Below the pieces are notes generated by a model. The model was not told the DNA's origin. It did no database searches and worked only from the letters and a program-made list of their open reading frames with translations. Positions 21,101-30,435 of a DNA stretch of 49,908 bases are shown here, piece by piece. Position 1 is the first letter of the stretch. Each line of letters begins with the position of its first letter. The position numbers were made by a program, and so were the translations under genes. This stretch comes from Desulfobacterales bacterium (GTDB lineage: Bacteria; Desulfobacterota; Desulfobacteria; Desulfobacterales; UBA2245): positions 146,722-196,629 of the forward strand of contig JAXGZF010000008.1 in the NCBI GenBank assembly GCA_040771865.1. The letters run 5' to 3'.

Positions 21101-21652
21101 ACCACCCAGATCGCCAATGTTTTATGCAAACGATCCTGGAAAACATCGCTTTTTTCAAAAGATTTTATCGATTCCCAGCGCCGCCGGGAAATCCTTGAAT
21201 ATATCGGCAGGTGGAGTCCCTGGTCCAACTCCAGAGCGGACAAAGCCCAACAGGCGTCACAGGGTGAAGGATTGCCTCCTTCCACCGGATCTTTGTGGTG
21301 GCAATGGCTGGTCTTTCCCCTGCGTGTTTTACGAACCCTTCTCGGCCGGATTTGCCGGCGGCTGGAAAAACCCTTGCTCAGGCCGGCAGCCGCGGCATTG
21401 AGCCGGGCACTCGAACGGCATCCCGTGATGTTGAATTTTGTCTCCAATCCTCTGATCGACATCGGCATTGTCTTTGAACTGGGATTGTGCGTGCTGCTGT
21501 TTTACACGGATCTGGCCCGTATTTACTACTTTGCCCCCGTGCCCTGGCCCGTTTACGTTTTTGCCTTTAGCGGCACAGTGGTGTTGATAGCCTTTGAGGA
21601 AACCAAAAAATTCCTGCGCCGCCGAGGCCATCGGCTGGAGTTTCTGGGATAG
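18137..21652 (+). CDS. Cation-transporting P-type ATPase (Na/K-ATPase-like, P2C) with N-terminal PTS EIIA domain
   Basis: ISLPHLR EIIA motif; TGES, VANVPEGLLPTVT, CSDKTGTLTQN, MITGD, TGDGVND, DVGTDLIPA. Confidence 0.93.
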   Translation: MISQLLSPDQVILDLKDDFGAALRRLASAACPGEDLEPALEDLTRTADDSVMQAGEDISLPHLRIAGLEQPRISLGLSRKGIFHRGKRFSLVLFLATPEQDSAGHLKLLQRLKALLPQLRNDLLKAKTPEKVIEILAAGEETSVRPTFFNLTQDQVAVELRTDPVTGLSSAEAKDRLRLHGPNQIRRVAGTPEIIRLLRNFFSFFAILIWVAALLCFVPGVDMPQLGVAILLVVVINGLFSFLQEQRSDRAVEALQRLCAQQCRVLRDGRPAQIDAALIVPGDVLLLEEGDIVAADARLIEAVQVEVDNSSLTGESESAKRYKSDKPILLPGKFLWIELPNVVFAGSILISGTARAIVFGTGMNTEIGKIAGLTQAIKGEGSPLQKQLRATVRSIALLAGGLGLVFLFLGWLAAGLTFVQAFVFFIGIFVANVPEGLLPTVTLSLAMGVSRMAKRNAIVKNISSVETLGCTTVICSDKTGTLTQNLVMVTHLWTDGELYAVGGEGYRPEGAFHLNGQLVDKSRLTENPATARLLECAQTCNNAHLEKSRGQWRIVGDPTEGALVVMARKAGLHGTYQRLHVNPFESVRKRMSVVVRRAGAAELILYVKGALSETLGLCDRILRDGTVRPINESDRSQIRAASDDLARQGLRILALAYRDDLKDSSDWSVDHAEQKLIFIGFTASSDPVRPGVPEAIDSCHRAGIRVMMITGDYPLTAESIARQAGIGQLNRDQRLAVMDGAEVMSMDDERLKAVLSTGETIFARVAPEEKLRIVSLLRQLGEIVAVTGDGVNDGPALRCADIGISMGRRGTDVAKEAARMILADDNFSTIVAAIEEGRAIFENIKRFVAYVLNSNPQELYPYIFWMLFPEMPLTMTVMGVLAVDVGTDLIPAMGLGIERPEKGLMDRPPRSKNEKLLSIGFILRAYFIQGTILALSCYATYYFCGWYMGWWTPTDALSSMPASPAGLKMNLATPAYLMSLTAYFFPTVTTQIANVLCKRSWKTSLFSKDFIDSQRRREILEYIGRWSPWSNSRADKAQQASQGEGLPPSTGSLWWQWLVFPLRVLRTLLGRICRRLEKPLLRPAAAALSRALERHPVMLNFVSNPLIDIGIVFELGLCVLLFYTDLARIYYFAPVPWPVYVFAFSGTVVLIAFEETKKFLRRRGHRLEFLG

Positions 21653-22066
21653 GCGGACAACGCGATTATAAACATTGAATGATCGGGCATCATGTTGTGA
21701 AGTCGGATGTTTGACAAGACCATTCGGTTGATTTTTCGAAAACAGCCGGCTACAGTTTGTCAAGGCTGACAAAATGTTGATTATGAATGGAGTGCCGGCC
21801 CGCGGCGTGAATCGGTATGATATAACAATACGCCTTCCGGGCCCGCCGAACGCGGGCAGGGCTCCTGCGTGTTCTCAAAAAGTCCTGAAAATCCGGCACC
21901 GGCGAAAGCATCTTCGGATTTCCGCCTTCGTGGAAGAGACCGGCGAAAGTCCTTTTGCATCGCTGGTTATGCCTACGCAGGCAGATATTCCGAAATTGAT
22001 GTCCGGATGGGCATGGGCTCATTCCGGAAGGCATGAATTGCTATTTGTCTTGTTGAGTCTGAGGCC

Positions 22067-22495
22067 ATGGAAAAGAGAGCGAATATATCATACGAACCCC
22101 GCTGTTTTTTTGATGCAGGGCTATATTTTGAATGCCTTCAGTGCGGGGCCTGCTGCACCGGCGCATCCGGCACTATTTATGTCTCGAATCGGGAAATCGA
22201 TGCCATTTGCCAATTCCTGGCGATTCCCGCAGGCCGCCTGATTCAGGATCATCTCTATGCGTTCCGCGACAGCTACAGCATCCGCGAGCATGCCGACGGA
22301 AGATGCCATTTCTATGAAAGCGGGTGCCGGATCTATCCGGTTCGTCCCCATCAATGCCGGACCTTTCCTTTCTGGTTTTCCAGCCTGAGATCGATTGAGG
22401 CGTGGAAAAAGACCGCGGCTGGTTGTCCGGGAATCGGAAAGGGCCGGTTTTACGACAGGGAGCGTATTATCGAGATCGTTCAAACCACTTTCTGA
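22067..22495 (+). CDS. YkgJ-family (CxxCxxCC) cysteine-cluster protein
   Basis: CLQCGACC, CRIYPVRPHQCRTFPFW, CPGIG. Confidence 0.9.
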   Translation: MEKRANISYEPRCFFDAGLYFECLQCGACCTGASGTIYVSNREIDAICQFLAIPAGRLIQDHLYAFRDSYSIREHADGRCHFYESGCRIYPVRPHQCRTFPFWFSSLRSIEAWKKTAAGCPGIGKGRFYDRERIIEIVQTTF

Positions 22496-22505
22496 TAATC
22501 ATAAG

Positions 22506-22648
22506 GAGGGTGTTGAAAAACAAGAATCAGGCCGTCAGGCAAGGCGTGCGGTGATGCGACAAGCGCAGCATATTCAAGCATATGTGAGCATTGGCGAGAG
22601 CCGCGCCACGCTGAATGGCGGACTCAGGCGCAGTTTCTCAACAGCCTG
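22506..22648. mobile_element. MITE copy B (143 bp)
   Basis: GAGGGTGTTGAAAAAC...GTTTCTCAACAGCCTG|TTAA; between convergent genes. Confidence 0.88.
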
Positions 22649-22660
22649 TTAAAGAGTCTG

Positions 22661-23824
22661 TCATGCTATCCGCATGGTTTCCGTAAAGTGTTTAAAAAAC
22701 AATTTATAGCTTTCACAAAGATAATTTTTCCCCGGCTGACCGTCCTTGGAAAACATGATCCTGTCCTTGGGACAGCCGCCGAAACACAGTTTGATGTAGG
22801 GACAACACAGACATTCTTCCGGCAGGCCGCACATCTTGTTCATACCAAAGCCGCGGTTTTTTTCCATCAGTTCTCCCAGAGGCGTTTCCAGAATATTTCC
22901 GAGCTTATATGCTGAAAATGCATATCTGTCGCAGCTGTAGACATCTCCGTTGGCTTCGATCGATGCCGAATGACCGCATAAGGGTTCGTGCGCGCAGAGT
23001 CCTGCGGGCTTTTGCAGCATATTGCCGACAGTCGCTTCAAAGATCATGACATGTTTTTTTCCGAAGTCTCGCTTTTTCCATTCATTCAGCACGCCGCATA
23101 AAAACTTGCCGTATCCGCCGGCCGGAACGGAAAAATCAGTCAGGGGGCGCATGATCAGGGAGGAGTGGATACCCGGGGGCATGGCAAAGCGCAGCCCTTC
23201 CTCTTTCTCGAACTGCGGACAGACCGTTTCCACAACAGGAAGAAACTGCATAAAATCGGAAAGATCGCGCAGGAAGCCGTATAGTTCCTCGGGATACTCC
23301 CAATTCATCGCGTTTACCGTAGTCAGGCTGTTAAAGTTTACGCCGTGCTTTTTAAGCAGCCGGATACCTGCCATGGTCCGCCCAAAGGAGCCCCCGTTTG
23401 CATCGGTACGATATCTGTCGTGAAGGTTTTTGGGCCCGTCAATGCTGACGCCGATCAGAAAACGGTTTTTGGCGAAAAAGGCGCACCAGACATCATCCAG
23501 CAGCGTCCCGTTGGTTTGCAGCGTATTCAGTATCTTCCGGCCGGCGCCGTATTTCCGCTGGAGTCTGAGGGCCCGTCTGTAAAAGTCCAGCGACTGAAGA
23601 GTGGGTTCTCCTCCGTGCCAGGCGAATTCCACCACTGAGTTTTTCCCGTGGACGGCAAAATTCTGCTGTATATAAGCTTCCAGAACTCGACCGGACATTC
23701 CGCCGGGTTTTTGCTTCAGTGCAATCTGTTTATCCAGATAATAGCAGTAGGCACATCTGAGATTACAGATGGCGCCAATGGGCTTTGCCATCAATGCAAA
23801 GGTTCTGCGGTTGTCGCCGGTCAT
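22661..23824 (-). CDS. Anaerobic sulfatase-maturating radical SAM enzyme (anSME, SPASM)
   Basis: AKPIGAICNLRCAYCYY, WHGGEPTL, GDVYSCD, CFGGCPKDR; start overlaps the sulfatase stop. Confidence 0.93.
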   Translation of the reverse strand: MTGDNRRTFALMAKPIGAICNLRCAYCYYLDKQIALKQKPGGMSGRVLEAYIQQNFAVHGKNSVVEFAWHGGEPTLQSLDFYRRALRLQRKYGAGRKILNTLQTNGTLLDDVWCAFFAKNRFLIGVSIDGPKNLHDRYRTDANGGSFGRTMAGIRLLKKHGVNFNSLTTVNAMNWEYPEELYGFLRDLSDFMQFLPVVETVCPQFEKEEGLRFAMPPGIHSSLIMRPLTDFSVPAGGYGKFLCGVLNEWKKRDFGKKHVMIFEATVGNMLQKPAGLCAHEPLCGHSASIEANGDVYSCDRYAFSAYKLGNILETPLGELMEKNRGFGMNKMCGLPEECLCCPYIKLCFGGCPKDRIMFSKDGQPGKNYLCESYKLFFKHFTETMRIA

Positions 23825-25575
23825 CCGTCTGCATCCTCGTTCCACATGCTTTGAATGATCATCTCCACTTCCTGACCGTCATCCATGCCGATTTCCCTTT
23901 CGATTATCTCATTGAGCATGGCATTTAACTTCAGAATCAGATCGGCGTTTTCTTCAGGATCAGCAGCCAGGTTCACCAGTTCATCGGGGTCATTTTCCAG
24001 ATCGTAAAGCTCAACATCATTTCTGGCGAACAATTCTTCCAGGTTTGCAGGCGCATTGAATTCCAGCGCCGAAAAATAGCGTGCAAATTTGTATCGCTCC
24101 GTCGTGATACCGCGAACAAAAGCGCGTTTTGTAAAATCGATGTGCATGTTGACAATGTTTCCTTCTTCATCCATTTCTCCAGACATGTCGCTGTCGATCA
24201 TGGAGACCATCTCAAAGGCAAACAGAGCGCCTGACCTGATCCGGGTTTTGCTTCCGTCCATCAGGTCAAGGAGACTGCCCCCCGGTAAGCCGGCGGTTAA
24301 TTCGGACTTCCGTTCGTCGCTGAGACCCGTCATGTCCACAAAAGTAGTGGCCAGATCGATATGACTCGTGACCGCGTTGATGCGTTGACCGCCTTCATAT
24401 TCGGGATGACAGATGATGAGAGGAACATGTATGTTGTTTTCGTAAATAAAGCCGCCCTTGCCCCGAAGACCGTGGGAACCCTGTGTTTCCCCATGGTCGC
24501 TGGTAAATACGATGATGGTGTTGTCCAGCATGCCCAGATTGATGATTTCCTGCAGAATTTCCATCAGGCTGTTATCATTGTCCTGAATGCAGTTGTAGTA
24601 ATAATCCCGAAAACGTTCCCAGCGTTCTTCCTCTGACGGTATCGTGCCGACCCTCCGGTTCCAAAGCAGGTAATATTCCATGTGCGCGGCGACCCGGCCT
24701 TCGGCGTCGATGGGTTGGTTCCAGGTCGAAGGAATCGGAGCCTCGGAATAGGTGGTGCGGTAAAGTTCATTGTCGGGGGCGCCGAATATCTCCAGCGATG
24801 TCTGCCCCGTGTTCTGAACATTTTCCCCCTCGCGGTCGGTATTAAAATACATGATGTCATGGGGATTCACCAGATTCACCGCAAGAAAAAAGGATGTGCC
24901 GGCCTGATTTTGCTGCCTGCCTGTGGTGCGCAGCCATCCGACAGCCCCTCCGGCAATATATGCATCGCTTTCATAACCGCCGTATGCTTCACCCGTGATG
25001 TCCCCCTCGGCGTTCCAGTCATGGAAGCCGTAGCCCTCAAGGCCGTCCTGCTGCTGTTGCTCGGGTTCGGTGCTTTCGAACAGCATGCTTTCGTCGCCCA
25101 TGTGCCATTTGCCTTTATAGGCCACATAATAACCGGCTTCCGTCATGAGATCTCCCACGGTGGTAAGATCCTCGGACAGGGCCTCCTGCCAGGGATAATC
25201 GGTGTTGTCGATCATCCGCGTATCTGTGATGTGGGTTCCCGTATAAATCACGGAGCGGGAAGAGGTGGACATGGTGGCGCAGGCATAGTGCTTTTCAAAG
25301 GTGGCGCCCATCTCCATCAAAAGGGTTCTTGCCTTGTAGCTCGTACCTTCTGGAAATTCGGAGAAATAGTGCTCCTGATCGGTGGTGATAAAAACGATAT
25401 TATAGTTTCCGTCAGCATTGGCCGCAGCATTGACCTCCGGTACAGCCTGGTCCTCGATTCCGTCACTGTTGGACTTCGAACAAGAGGACAGCAGCATTGT
25501 GGCTGCCAGTGTCAGGCCCAGTCCGGCTGCCCTGATATACATCAAAAACCCTTTCATTCCTGCTTCGGTACCCAT
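23821..25575 (-). CDS. Lipoprotein sulfatase (Ser-type, non-canonical STSSR signature)
   Basis: Lipobox LSSC, NIVFITTDQ, STSSRSVIYTG, GKWHMG, NPHD, SDHGE, ELYDLENDPDE. Confidence 0.9.
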   Translation of the reverse strand: MGTEAGMKGFLMYIRAAGLGLTLAATMLLSSCSKSNSDGIEDQAVPEVNAAANADGNYNIVFITTDQEHYFSEFPEGTSYKARTLLMEMGATFEKHYACATMSTSSRSVIYTGTHITDTRMIDNTDYPWQEALSEDLTTVGDLMTEAGYYVAYKGKWHMGDESMLFESTEPEQQQQDGLEGYGFHDWNAEGDITGEAYGGYESDAYIAGGAVGWLRTTGRQQNQAGTSFFLAVNLVNPHDIMYFNTDREGENVQNTGQTSLEIFGAPDNELYRTTYSEAPIPSTWNQPIDAEGRVAAHMEYYLLWNRRVGTIPSEEERWERFRDYYYNCIQDNDNSLMEILQEIINLGMLDNTIIVFTSDHGETQGSHGLRGKGGFIYENNIHVPLIICHPEYEGGQRINAVTSHIDLATTFVDMTGLSDERKSELTAGLPGGSLLDLMDGSKTRIRSGALFAFEMVSMIDSDMSGEMDEEGNIVNMHIDFTKRAFVRGITTERYKFARYFSALEFNAPANLEELFARNDVELYDLENDPDELVNLAADPEENADLILKLNAMLNEIIEREIGMDDGQEVEMIIQSMWNEDADG

Positions 25576-25867
25576 GCTCCCCCTTTAAAGCCTCGAATCA
25601 GTTTGTTGTTTGAAAAAGTGCATTTTCAGCATTTCTATGTTCCGCTGTGAAATGCTTGTTTGACTTGACCGGTATACTGGACAAAAGGCCTCGCATGTGC
25701 CTTTTACATGAGCTGCTTAAAGAAATCAAAAATGAATTCATAAATTCACGTAAACCGTAAAAATCAGCGACCTGATCCGCAAACCTGCCGTCTGAATGTC
25801 CGATATCTCGAGAGGGGTCGTATCAGATCGTTCAAGCCTTTTTCTGAAATTTTCAGGGAATGAGGGA

Positions 25868-27235
25868 TCATGCGCAGACCGGGGCGTCCGGGAAAAGCCT
25901 TTTCAGCATTCGGCGGGTATACAGGTGGGCGATGAGCGCGGCCGTCCAGGTGATGGACAGAATGCCCCACCAGATCGAGATCAGACCGAGGTTGAAAATC
26001 CGCGTCAGAAGATAATAGAGCGTTGCTGGCAGAACCACCTGGCGGAACAGGCCCATCCACATGACAAACATCGGTTTCTTGAGCCCCTGAAGCGTGCCCA
26101 TGTTCAGGAAAAGCACCACGTATCCGTAGAGGGCGAACGCGTCGATGCGAAGATAGGCGGTTCCGGCGGCGATCACGCCGGGATCCCGGGTGAAAACCCC
26201 CATCAGGGCGGGGGAGAGGATCAGCATCAGCGCGGCGCTCAGGGCCATGAACCATCCTCCGTAATAAAGGCTGGTCCGGAGGGCTTCAAAGATCCGGTCA
26301 AAGCGTCCGGCCCCGTTGTTCTGCGCCGTCAGGGTCAGCACGGCCACGTTCAGGCCGATGGCCGGCAGCAGAACGATCTGCTCGATCCGTACGGCAATTC
26401 CGTAGGCCGCGACCGCCTCTTTTCCGAAGGGACTGATGAAATAGGTGATGATAAAGACGCCGATGCCGATGGTCATCAGGTTAAAGGCCGCCGGGGCGCC
26501 CTGGGCTGTGATCATTCGAAAAGCGGAAAGATCGACGGCCAGTTCTTTTGCCTGAAGTTTCGAAACCAGGCCGGTCTGATGCACCCGGTATCCGAGGTAG
26601 ATGCACCCGGCCGATTGAATCAGGATCGTGGAAAGCGCGATGCCGACAACGCCCATGGCCGGAATTCCGAGGCCTCCGAAGATGAACCAGGGATTCAATG
26701 CGCCGTTGGCCAGGCATCCCAGAATCAGAAAGTTTCGAAACGTACGGGTGTCGCCCCGGGCCGTCAGAATGGCGTTGAACATGTGGTTGAGCAGAAAAAA
26801 GACGCACCCCTGAAAGATCGTTCCCATGTAACCGGTGCTCAGCTCCAGGTAGGCGCCCGAGGCTCCGAGTATTTTAAACAGAACCGGTGAAAGATAAACA
26901 CCCGCCGTTGCCAGAGCGATCGCGGCCATCAGCCCGAAGAGCGCTCCCTGAACAGCGAACCGCCTCGCGCCGGAAGCGTCGCCGGCGCCCAGGGCGTTGG
27001 CGATCAGTGCGGTTACGCCGATGGAAAATCCTCGGCCCACGGCCAGAATGAGAAAGAAGATGGGAAAGGACAATGAGAGCGCGGCCAGGGCCTGGGTCGA
27101 AATCAGCCCGGCGCAATAGGTGTCGATCGCATTGAACAGGGTGTTGAAGAAAATTCCGACGCTGGCCGGAATGGCGATATTGCCGATCAACTCAGGAATG
27201 GGGCGGTTGATCAGCGCGTTGTCCGTTGCGTTCAT
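25868..27235 (-). CDS. MATE-family efflux transporter
   Basis: About 12 TMs; ALSLSFPIFF, GDTRT, AVAAYGIAVRIEQ, GAGRFDR. Confidence 0.92.
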   Translation of the reverse strand: MNATDNALINRPIPELIGNIAIPASVGIFFNTLFNAIDTYCAGLISTQALAALSLSFPIFFLILAVGRGFSIGVTALIANALGAGDASGARRFAVQGALFGLMAAIALATAGVYLSPVLFKILGASGAYLELSTGYMGTIFQGCVFFLLNHMFNAILTARGDTRTFRNFLILGCLANGALNPWFIFGGLGIPAMGVVGIALSTILIQSAGCIYLGYRVHQTGLVSKLQAKELAVDLSAFRMITAQGAPAAFNLMTIGIGVFIITYFISPFGKEAVAAYGIAVRIEQIVLLPAIGLNVAVLTLTAQNNGAGRFDRIFEALRTSLYYGGWFMALSAALMLILSPALMGVFTRDPGVIAAGTAYLRIDAFALYGYVVLFLNMGTLQGLKKPMFVMWMGLFRQVVLPATLYYLLTRIFNLGLISIWWGILSITWTAALIAHLYTRRMLKRLFPDAPVCA

Positions 27236-27324
27236 ACGGCCTGAATTCTTGAATTCCCGGCAACATTGCCGAAAATGAAGGCGCTGGTTAAGAAAATCTT
27301 TGAAAAGGCCATATGATCCAAGTT

Positions 27325-28287
27325 TCAGGCACCGATGGGAAGCTCGGTTCCAAGCCCCTTTTCGCGGGCGGACTGAAGCACCCGCGCGCCGACGGCCAGA
27401 TCCTGAATCGCCATTCCCTGGGATTCAAAGATCGTGATCTGCTCATCACGGGTCCGGCACGGCGATCTGCCGGCGATGATTTCACCGAGTTCGAAAATCC
27501 GGCCCCAGTGAATGCGGCCTTTTTCCAACAGGGGCAGAAGGTCTCCGCATTCTCTTTGCGCCACATCCTTAGCGTCCACAGCCAGGATGTCGGCCTTTCG
27601 AAGGGTTTGTTCATCCAGTTCGGACCGGATCAGGGCGTTTGAGCCTGCGGCGTTGATGTGCACGCCCTTTTCGACCCATTCGTGGGAAAACAGGGGCTTT
27701 GCGGCGGTGGTGATGGTGACGATGATATCCGCGCCGGAAACGGTGTCCCGGGGCGAAGGACAGGGAATGACCTCGATGCCGAGTTTTTCCGACTGGCTTT
27801 TGCAGAAGGCCTCCAGTTTCTCGGCATTCCGGGCGAACACGCGGGCGGTTTCGATTTTCCGCACGCAGCACAGGGCCTCGAGCTGCCCTTGCGCCTGCCA
27901 TCCGGCCCCGAACATGCCCACGATTTTCGAATTTTCACGGCTCAGCCACCTCGCGGCCACGCCGCCGGCCGCGCCGGTTCGAATCATGCCCAGATAATCG
28001 GCCTCGATCACGGCTTCCAGGTTCCCTCTCTGGCTGTTGTACAGATAAACCAGAAAACGGATGCCTTCCCGTGTGGAGGTATAGGCCTTGTATCCGAAAA
28101 CCCCGCAGCTTTCCACGGCGCCCTGAAGAATGTGCAGCGCCCCTTTTTGTATCCGGGTCCGTTCCCGGGGAATATTGACGGCCAGCCCGAGCGCGTGCTC
28201 CTTCATCGCCTGTTCCACGGCCTCGATTGCCGACTGCATGGTCAGAACCTGTTTGACCTCGTCTTCTCTGATAAAAAGCGCCATCAT
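27325..28287 (-). CDS. Ornithine cyclodeaminase / mu-crystallin family protein
   Basis: RTGAAGGVA, GAGWQAQGQ, GVHINAAGS, ESQGMAIQDLA. Confidence 0.92.
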   Translation of the reverse strand: MMALFIREDEVKQVLTMQSAIEAVEQAMKEHALGLAVNIPRERTRIQKGALHILQGAVESCGVFGYKAYTSTREGIRFLVYLYNSQRGNLEAVIEADYLGMIRTGAAGGVAARWLSRENSKIVGMFGAGWQAQGQLEALCCVRKIETARVFARNAEKLEAFCKSQSEKLGIEVIPCPSPRDTVSGADIIVTITTAAKPLFSHEWVEKGVHINAAGSNALIRSELDEQTLRKADILAVDAKDVAQRECGDLLPLLEKGRIHWGRIFELGEIIAGRSPCRTRDEQITIFESQGMAIQDLAVGARVLQSAREKGLGTELPIGA

Positions 28288-28410
28288 TCCTCCTGAGAGT
28301 TCGTTTCACATTTGAATCGGCATTATAAATGAAATTCAAAAGGATTGAAACCCGTTTTGGATGCACATTCAAAGGGTTCGCAATGCTTTGAGGCCGTTGT
28401 TCGCATTATT

Positions 28411-29532
28411 TTAATCACCGGCGTTATCGGAGATATCATCCATCTTCGGTTTTTCGGACGGTTCCGGCCCCGGAGCATGGACGCCAGGAAGCACATCGGC
28501 AAACATCACACCGTAGATCTCCCAGACCGAGATAAAAAGCGCCGCGATGATGGGTCCGATGATGAATCCGACCACGCCGAACATCACGATGCCGCCCAGC
28601 GTGCTCAAAAAGATCATCAGTTCATGCATCTGGGTGTCTTTGCCCACCAGAGCAGGGCGCAGCAGATTGTCCAGGCTTCCCACCACCAGACTGCAGAAGG
28701 CAACCAGGCCCGCGGCTTTGCCGTAATGGCCCGATGCGCCCAGGATGACGGCTGCCGGAACCCATACCAGGGCTGTGCCGATTCCCGGCAGAATGGACAG
28801 TATTGTCATGATTACGCCCCAGAAAACCGCGCTCGGAATGCCGACCACGGCAAAGGCGAGTCCGGAAAGAGCGCCCTGAAGCACGCCGATAACCGCCGTT
28901 CCTTTCAGGGTGGCCCGTGCAACCGAGGTGAAACGGGCCAGCAGAAGCTGCTCATCCCGGTCTTCCAGGGGCAGGTAGTACAGCGCCTGCCGGACCAGTT
29001 TTTTGCCGTCCATCAGGAAAAAATACATGGCATAGAGCAGCACGAAGGTCATGAACAGAAAGTTCATGGTGCCAACGGTGGCCGAAGACAGGCTGTTGAT
29101 CAGAAATCCGCTGATGCTGCCGACCATTTCTCCGGCTTTCTGGAAAACCGTGTCCCGGTAAGGGACGATCTGATCCCAGTACGGAATGGATTCCAGCAGT
29201 TTGAAAAAATCATCGGGCTGGGCGATCTGCTGCTGAACCCAGGGCTTGACGGAGTTGCCGACCCGGATGGCCTGAGCTGTGACGATTCCCATCAGAGCTC
29301 CCAGCGGCAGCAGCACAAACAGGACCATCAGTCCCACGGTGGTCAGGGAGGCCAGGGAACGACGGCCGCCGAACCAGTTCTCAAACCGTCGATAGACCGG
29401 GGTGAGCAGTGCGCTGAAAAGACCGGCCAGAAAGAGGGCCATGAGAAACCCGCGAATCATGGAAAAAAAGATCGATGAAATAAAAAAGACCACGAGAAGC
29501 AGCACGGATTTGTTGACAGTTTGACGGTTCAT
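28411..29532 (-). CDS. AI-2E family transporter
   Basis: PGIGTALVWVP, DNLLRP, STLGGIVMFGVVGFIIGP. Confidence 0.92.
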   Translation of the reverse strand: MNRQTVNKSVLLLVVFFISSIFFSMIRGFLMALFLAGLFSALLTPVYRRFENWFGGRRSLASLTTVGLMVLFVLLPLGALMGIVTAQAIRVGNSVKPWVQQQIAQPDDFFKLLESIPYWDQIVPYRDTVFQKAGEMVGSISGFLINSLSSATVGTMNFLFMTFVLLYAMYFFLMDGKKLVRQALYYLPLEDRDEQLLLARFTSVARATLKGTAVIGVLQGALSGLAFAVVGIPSAVFWGVIMTILSILPGIGTALVWVPAAVILGASGHYGKAAGLVAFCSLVVGSLDNLLRPALVGKDTQMHELMIFLSTLGGIVMFGVVGFIIGPIIAALFISVWEIYGVMFADVLPGVHAPGPEPSEKPKMDDISDNAGD

Positions 29533-29761
29533 TCGGCATCCATTTTGAATTTTTCAATCTTTTTTCAAGGTGCATGGCAGGATATCAATTCGAGGCCTAC
29601 TATATCACATTCGGTCTGTTTTAACAGAGCGTTGAATTAAAGAAATCGCAATGATAAGTCATTTTCCGCTTGCGATTGTTTTCTGCAAGGGGGAAAATTA
29701 TTTTTCTGAACAATGCAAAGCAAGGCTTTTGCTCGATCCACACAACCCAGGCAAAACATGA

Positions 29762-30181
29762 ATGATGCTCCAGATTTCCGATACCGTGGCCATTTCACTT
29801 GGCGAGATTGAGATCAGCGCCGTCCGGGCGCAGGGCGCAGGGGGTCAGAATGTCAACAAGGTTTCCACCGCCGTGCATCTTCGCTTTGACATTCGCGCCT
29901 CATCCCTGCCGGATTTTTACAAGGACCGCCTGCTTGCGCTCAAGGACAGGCGTATTACCGGCGAGGGCGTCATTGTCATCAAGGCCCAGCGCTATCGAAC
30001 CCAGGATCAGAACCGGGAGGACGCACTGATCCGTCTTCAAAAGCTCATTCAAAATGCGGCCCGATCGCCTGAAAAACGGAAGCCCACCCGTCCGACCGCC
30101 GGTTCCCAGGAAAAACGTCTTGAGCACAAAACCCGGCGCGGGCGGATCAAATCCGCAAGAGGAAAGGTTCAAATTGAGTAA
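29762..30181 (+). CDS. arfB: Alternative ribosome rescue factor B (peptidyl-tRNA hydrolase)
   Basis: GAGGQNVNKVSTAV GGQ motif, basic C-terminal tail RKPTRPT. Confidence 0.93.
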   Translation: MMLQISDTVAISLGEIEISAVRAQGAGGQNVNKVSTAVHLRFDIRASSLPDFYKDRLLALKDRRITGEGVIVIKAQRYRTQDQNREDALIRLQKLIQNAARSPEKRKPTRPTAGSQEKRLEHKTRRGRIKSARGKVQIE

Positions 30182-30290
30182 ATTGAGGGTCGGGCCTCGG
30201 TAACGAATTGATATCATGAGCAATAGATTAAAAAAACACGCCAAAAAATGGCTTAAAAGGGCATTTTAGGGGTCAAAAACACACGTTTAA

Positions 30291-30433
30291 CAGGGTGCTG
30301 AAAAACAAGAATCAGGCCGTCAGGCAAGGCGCGTGGCGATGCGACAAGCGCAGCATATTGAAGCATATGTGAGCATTGGGGAGAGCCGCGCAACACTGAA
30401 TGGCGGCCTCGGACGCAGTTTTTCAACAGCCTG
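30291..30433. mobile_element. MITE copy C (143 bp)
   Basis: TTAA|CAGGGTGCTGAAAAAC...GTTTTTCAACAGCCTG|CTAA. Confidence 0.88.
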
Positions 30434-30435
30434 CT

